From Naegleria gruberi (Eukaryota): a stretch of 64,000 nt of DNA. A program made the position numbers and the translations under genes. How positions within the stretch are numbered: position 1 is the stretch's first letter; each line of letters begins with the position of its first letter. The notes beneath the pieces were generated by a model that did not search any database, was not told the DNA's origin, and was given only the letters and a program-made list of their open reading frames with translations. Below, in pieces: positions 63,329-64,000 of the stretch. The stretch lies in assembly GCA_000004985.1 (NCBI GenBank), contig GG738855.1. The stretch is one strand, 5' to 3'.

Positions 63329-64000
63329 TTATGCAACATTCTTTGCCTTCTTCATTCTGGCTCGTATGAAAAGTGCAATCACAACAGCAAGAAGAACACC
63401 AGCAACGCACACGACAACTACTCCACCAACTGATGAGGCTACTACAGCAATTAACACTGTGTTGTCGTTCACTAGGATTGGTTCTGAGTTTTCTGGTTCT
63501 CTTCCCTTTGTGTTTGCCTTTTTATAGTTTTGGTCAATTACTGCAAAGGAAGTCAAGTGACTAGTTCTGCAACTCATTGAAAAAGTAACAATATTTGAGG
63601 AGGGAGAAAATTTCAAATCATTAATTGTCGTTTCTATGCCGTCTGTCTTCCACTCCTTGTCTGAATTATCAAAAAACATGCAGGTGAAATTTAATAACGC
63701 ATTTGTATCTTTGGCAGTTGACAAATTGGAGAAGTACAATTCGATAGGTTCTTCCAGGTCAACTATTGGAATTTTCTCATCATTGATATTGAACATGGAA
63801 ATTGTTACCACTGAACTAATTGCATAAGCTTCCTCACTTGAAGGACCACTTGAAGAAGAAACTGAGCTAATCACCTTTACCACCTCAGTTGAATTAAATC
63901 CTCTTTCATTGATAAGATAATCTTTCACTGCTGTAGGAAAATTGACTGTTACTGAACTTCCAAACTTTGTGAACGTGATATTCTGGTTATTAACCTCTTT
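63329..64000 (-). CDS. C-terminal part of a type-I membrane protein (ectodomain, single TM, short basic tail). The gene extends beyond the window end.
   Basis: The ORF is open to the window edge. It ends ...NTVLIAVVASSVGGVVVVCVAGVLLAVVIALFIRARMKKAKNVA*, a single TM helix followed by a basic tail. Upstream is a Ser-rich ectodomain with N-glycosylation sequons. Confidence 0.45.
   Translation of the reverse strand, partial: KEVNNQNITFTKFGSSVTVNFPTAVKDYLINERGFNSTEVVKVISSVSSSSGPSSEEAYAISSVVTISMFNINDEKIPIVDLEEPIELYFSNLSTAKDTNALLNFTCMFFDNSDKEWKTDGIETTINDLKFSPSSNIVTFSMSCRTSHLTSFAVIDQNYKKANTKGREPENSEPILVNDNTVLIAVVASSVGGVVVVCVAGVLLAVVIALFIRARMKKAKNVA

Noticed and set aside
1-64000. Prokaryotic operon or defence-island interpretation of the window
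   Set aside because: Multiple genes require GTAAGT...AG introns of 30–100 nt to restore conserved protein sequence (GPx, beta-mannosidase, kinesin, Nudix, Cdc25-like, START). Proteins carry poly-N/Q tracts. Pol III type tRNA genes have T-run terminators. There are no Shine-Dalgarno or operon signatures.

Overview
This 64 kb window is eukaryotic nuclear DNA, not prokaryotic. Coding density is high with genes on both strands. Intergenic and intronic DNA is AT-rich. Introns are short (roughly 30–100 nt) with GTAAGT...AG boundaries. Many proteins carry poly-N/Q/S/T low-complexity tracts. These properties, together with the gene content (AP-1 mu, RGS proteins, a CaaX kinesin, a phospholipase B-like protein, sphingomyelinase-like phosphodiesterases and a START protein), point to a dictyostelid social amoeba. 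Codon usage and intergenic GC are higher than in D. discoideum, so it is probably another dictyostelid species. The supplied ORF track uses bacterial alternative start codons (for example GTG at 63373 and TTG at 59106), so many of its leading 'M' residues are not real ATGs. Small ORFs antisense to large genes are AT-rich-frame artefacts. I annotate about 32 protein-coding genes, many with multiple exons whose junctions I inferred by eye. There is an intact type-II tRNA-Leu(UAA). The most unusual locus is a canonical elongator tRNA-Met(CAU) gene split in its D-loop by an 852 bp AT-rich insertion. The insertion is flanked by a 3 bp GTA duplication and carries four copies of a ~33 nt motif plus two small minus-strand ORFs. 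Other notable content: three RGS-box genes within 25 kb, two of them paralogous signal-peptide / ectodomain / 7TM / RGS receptors; a polytopic membrane PAS protein with a truncated class-III nucleotidyl-cyclase homology domain; and a kinesin ending in a CaaX box.
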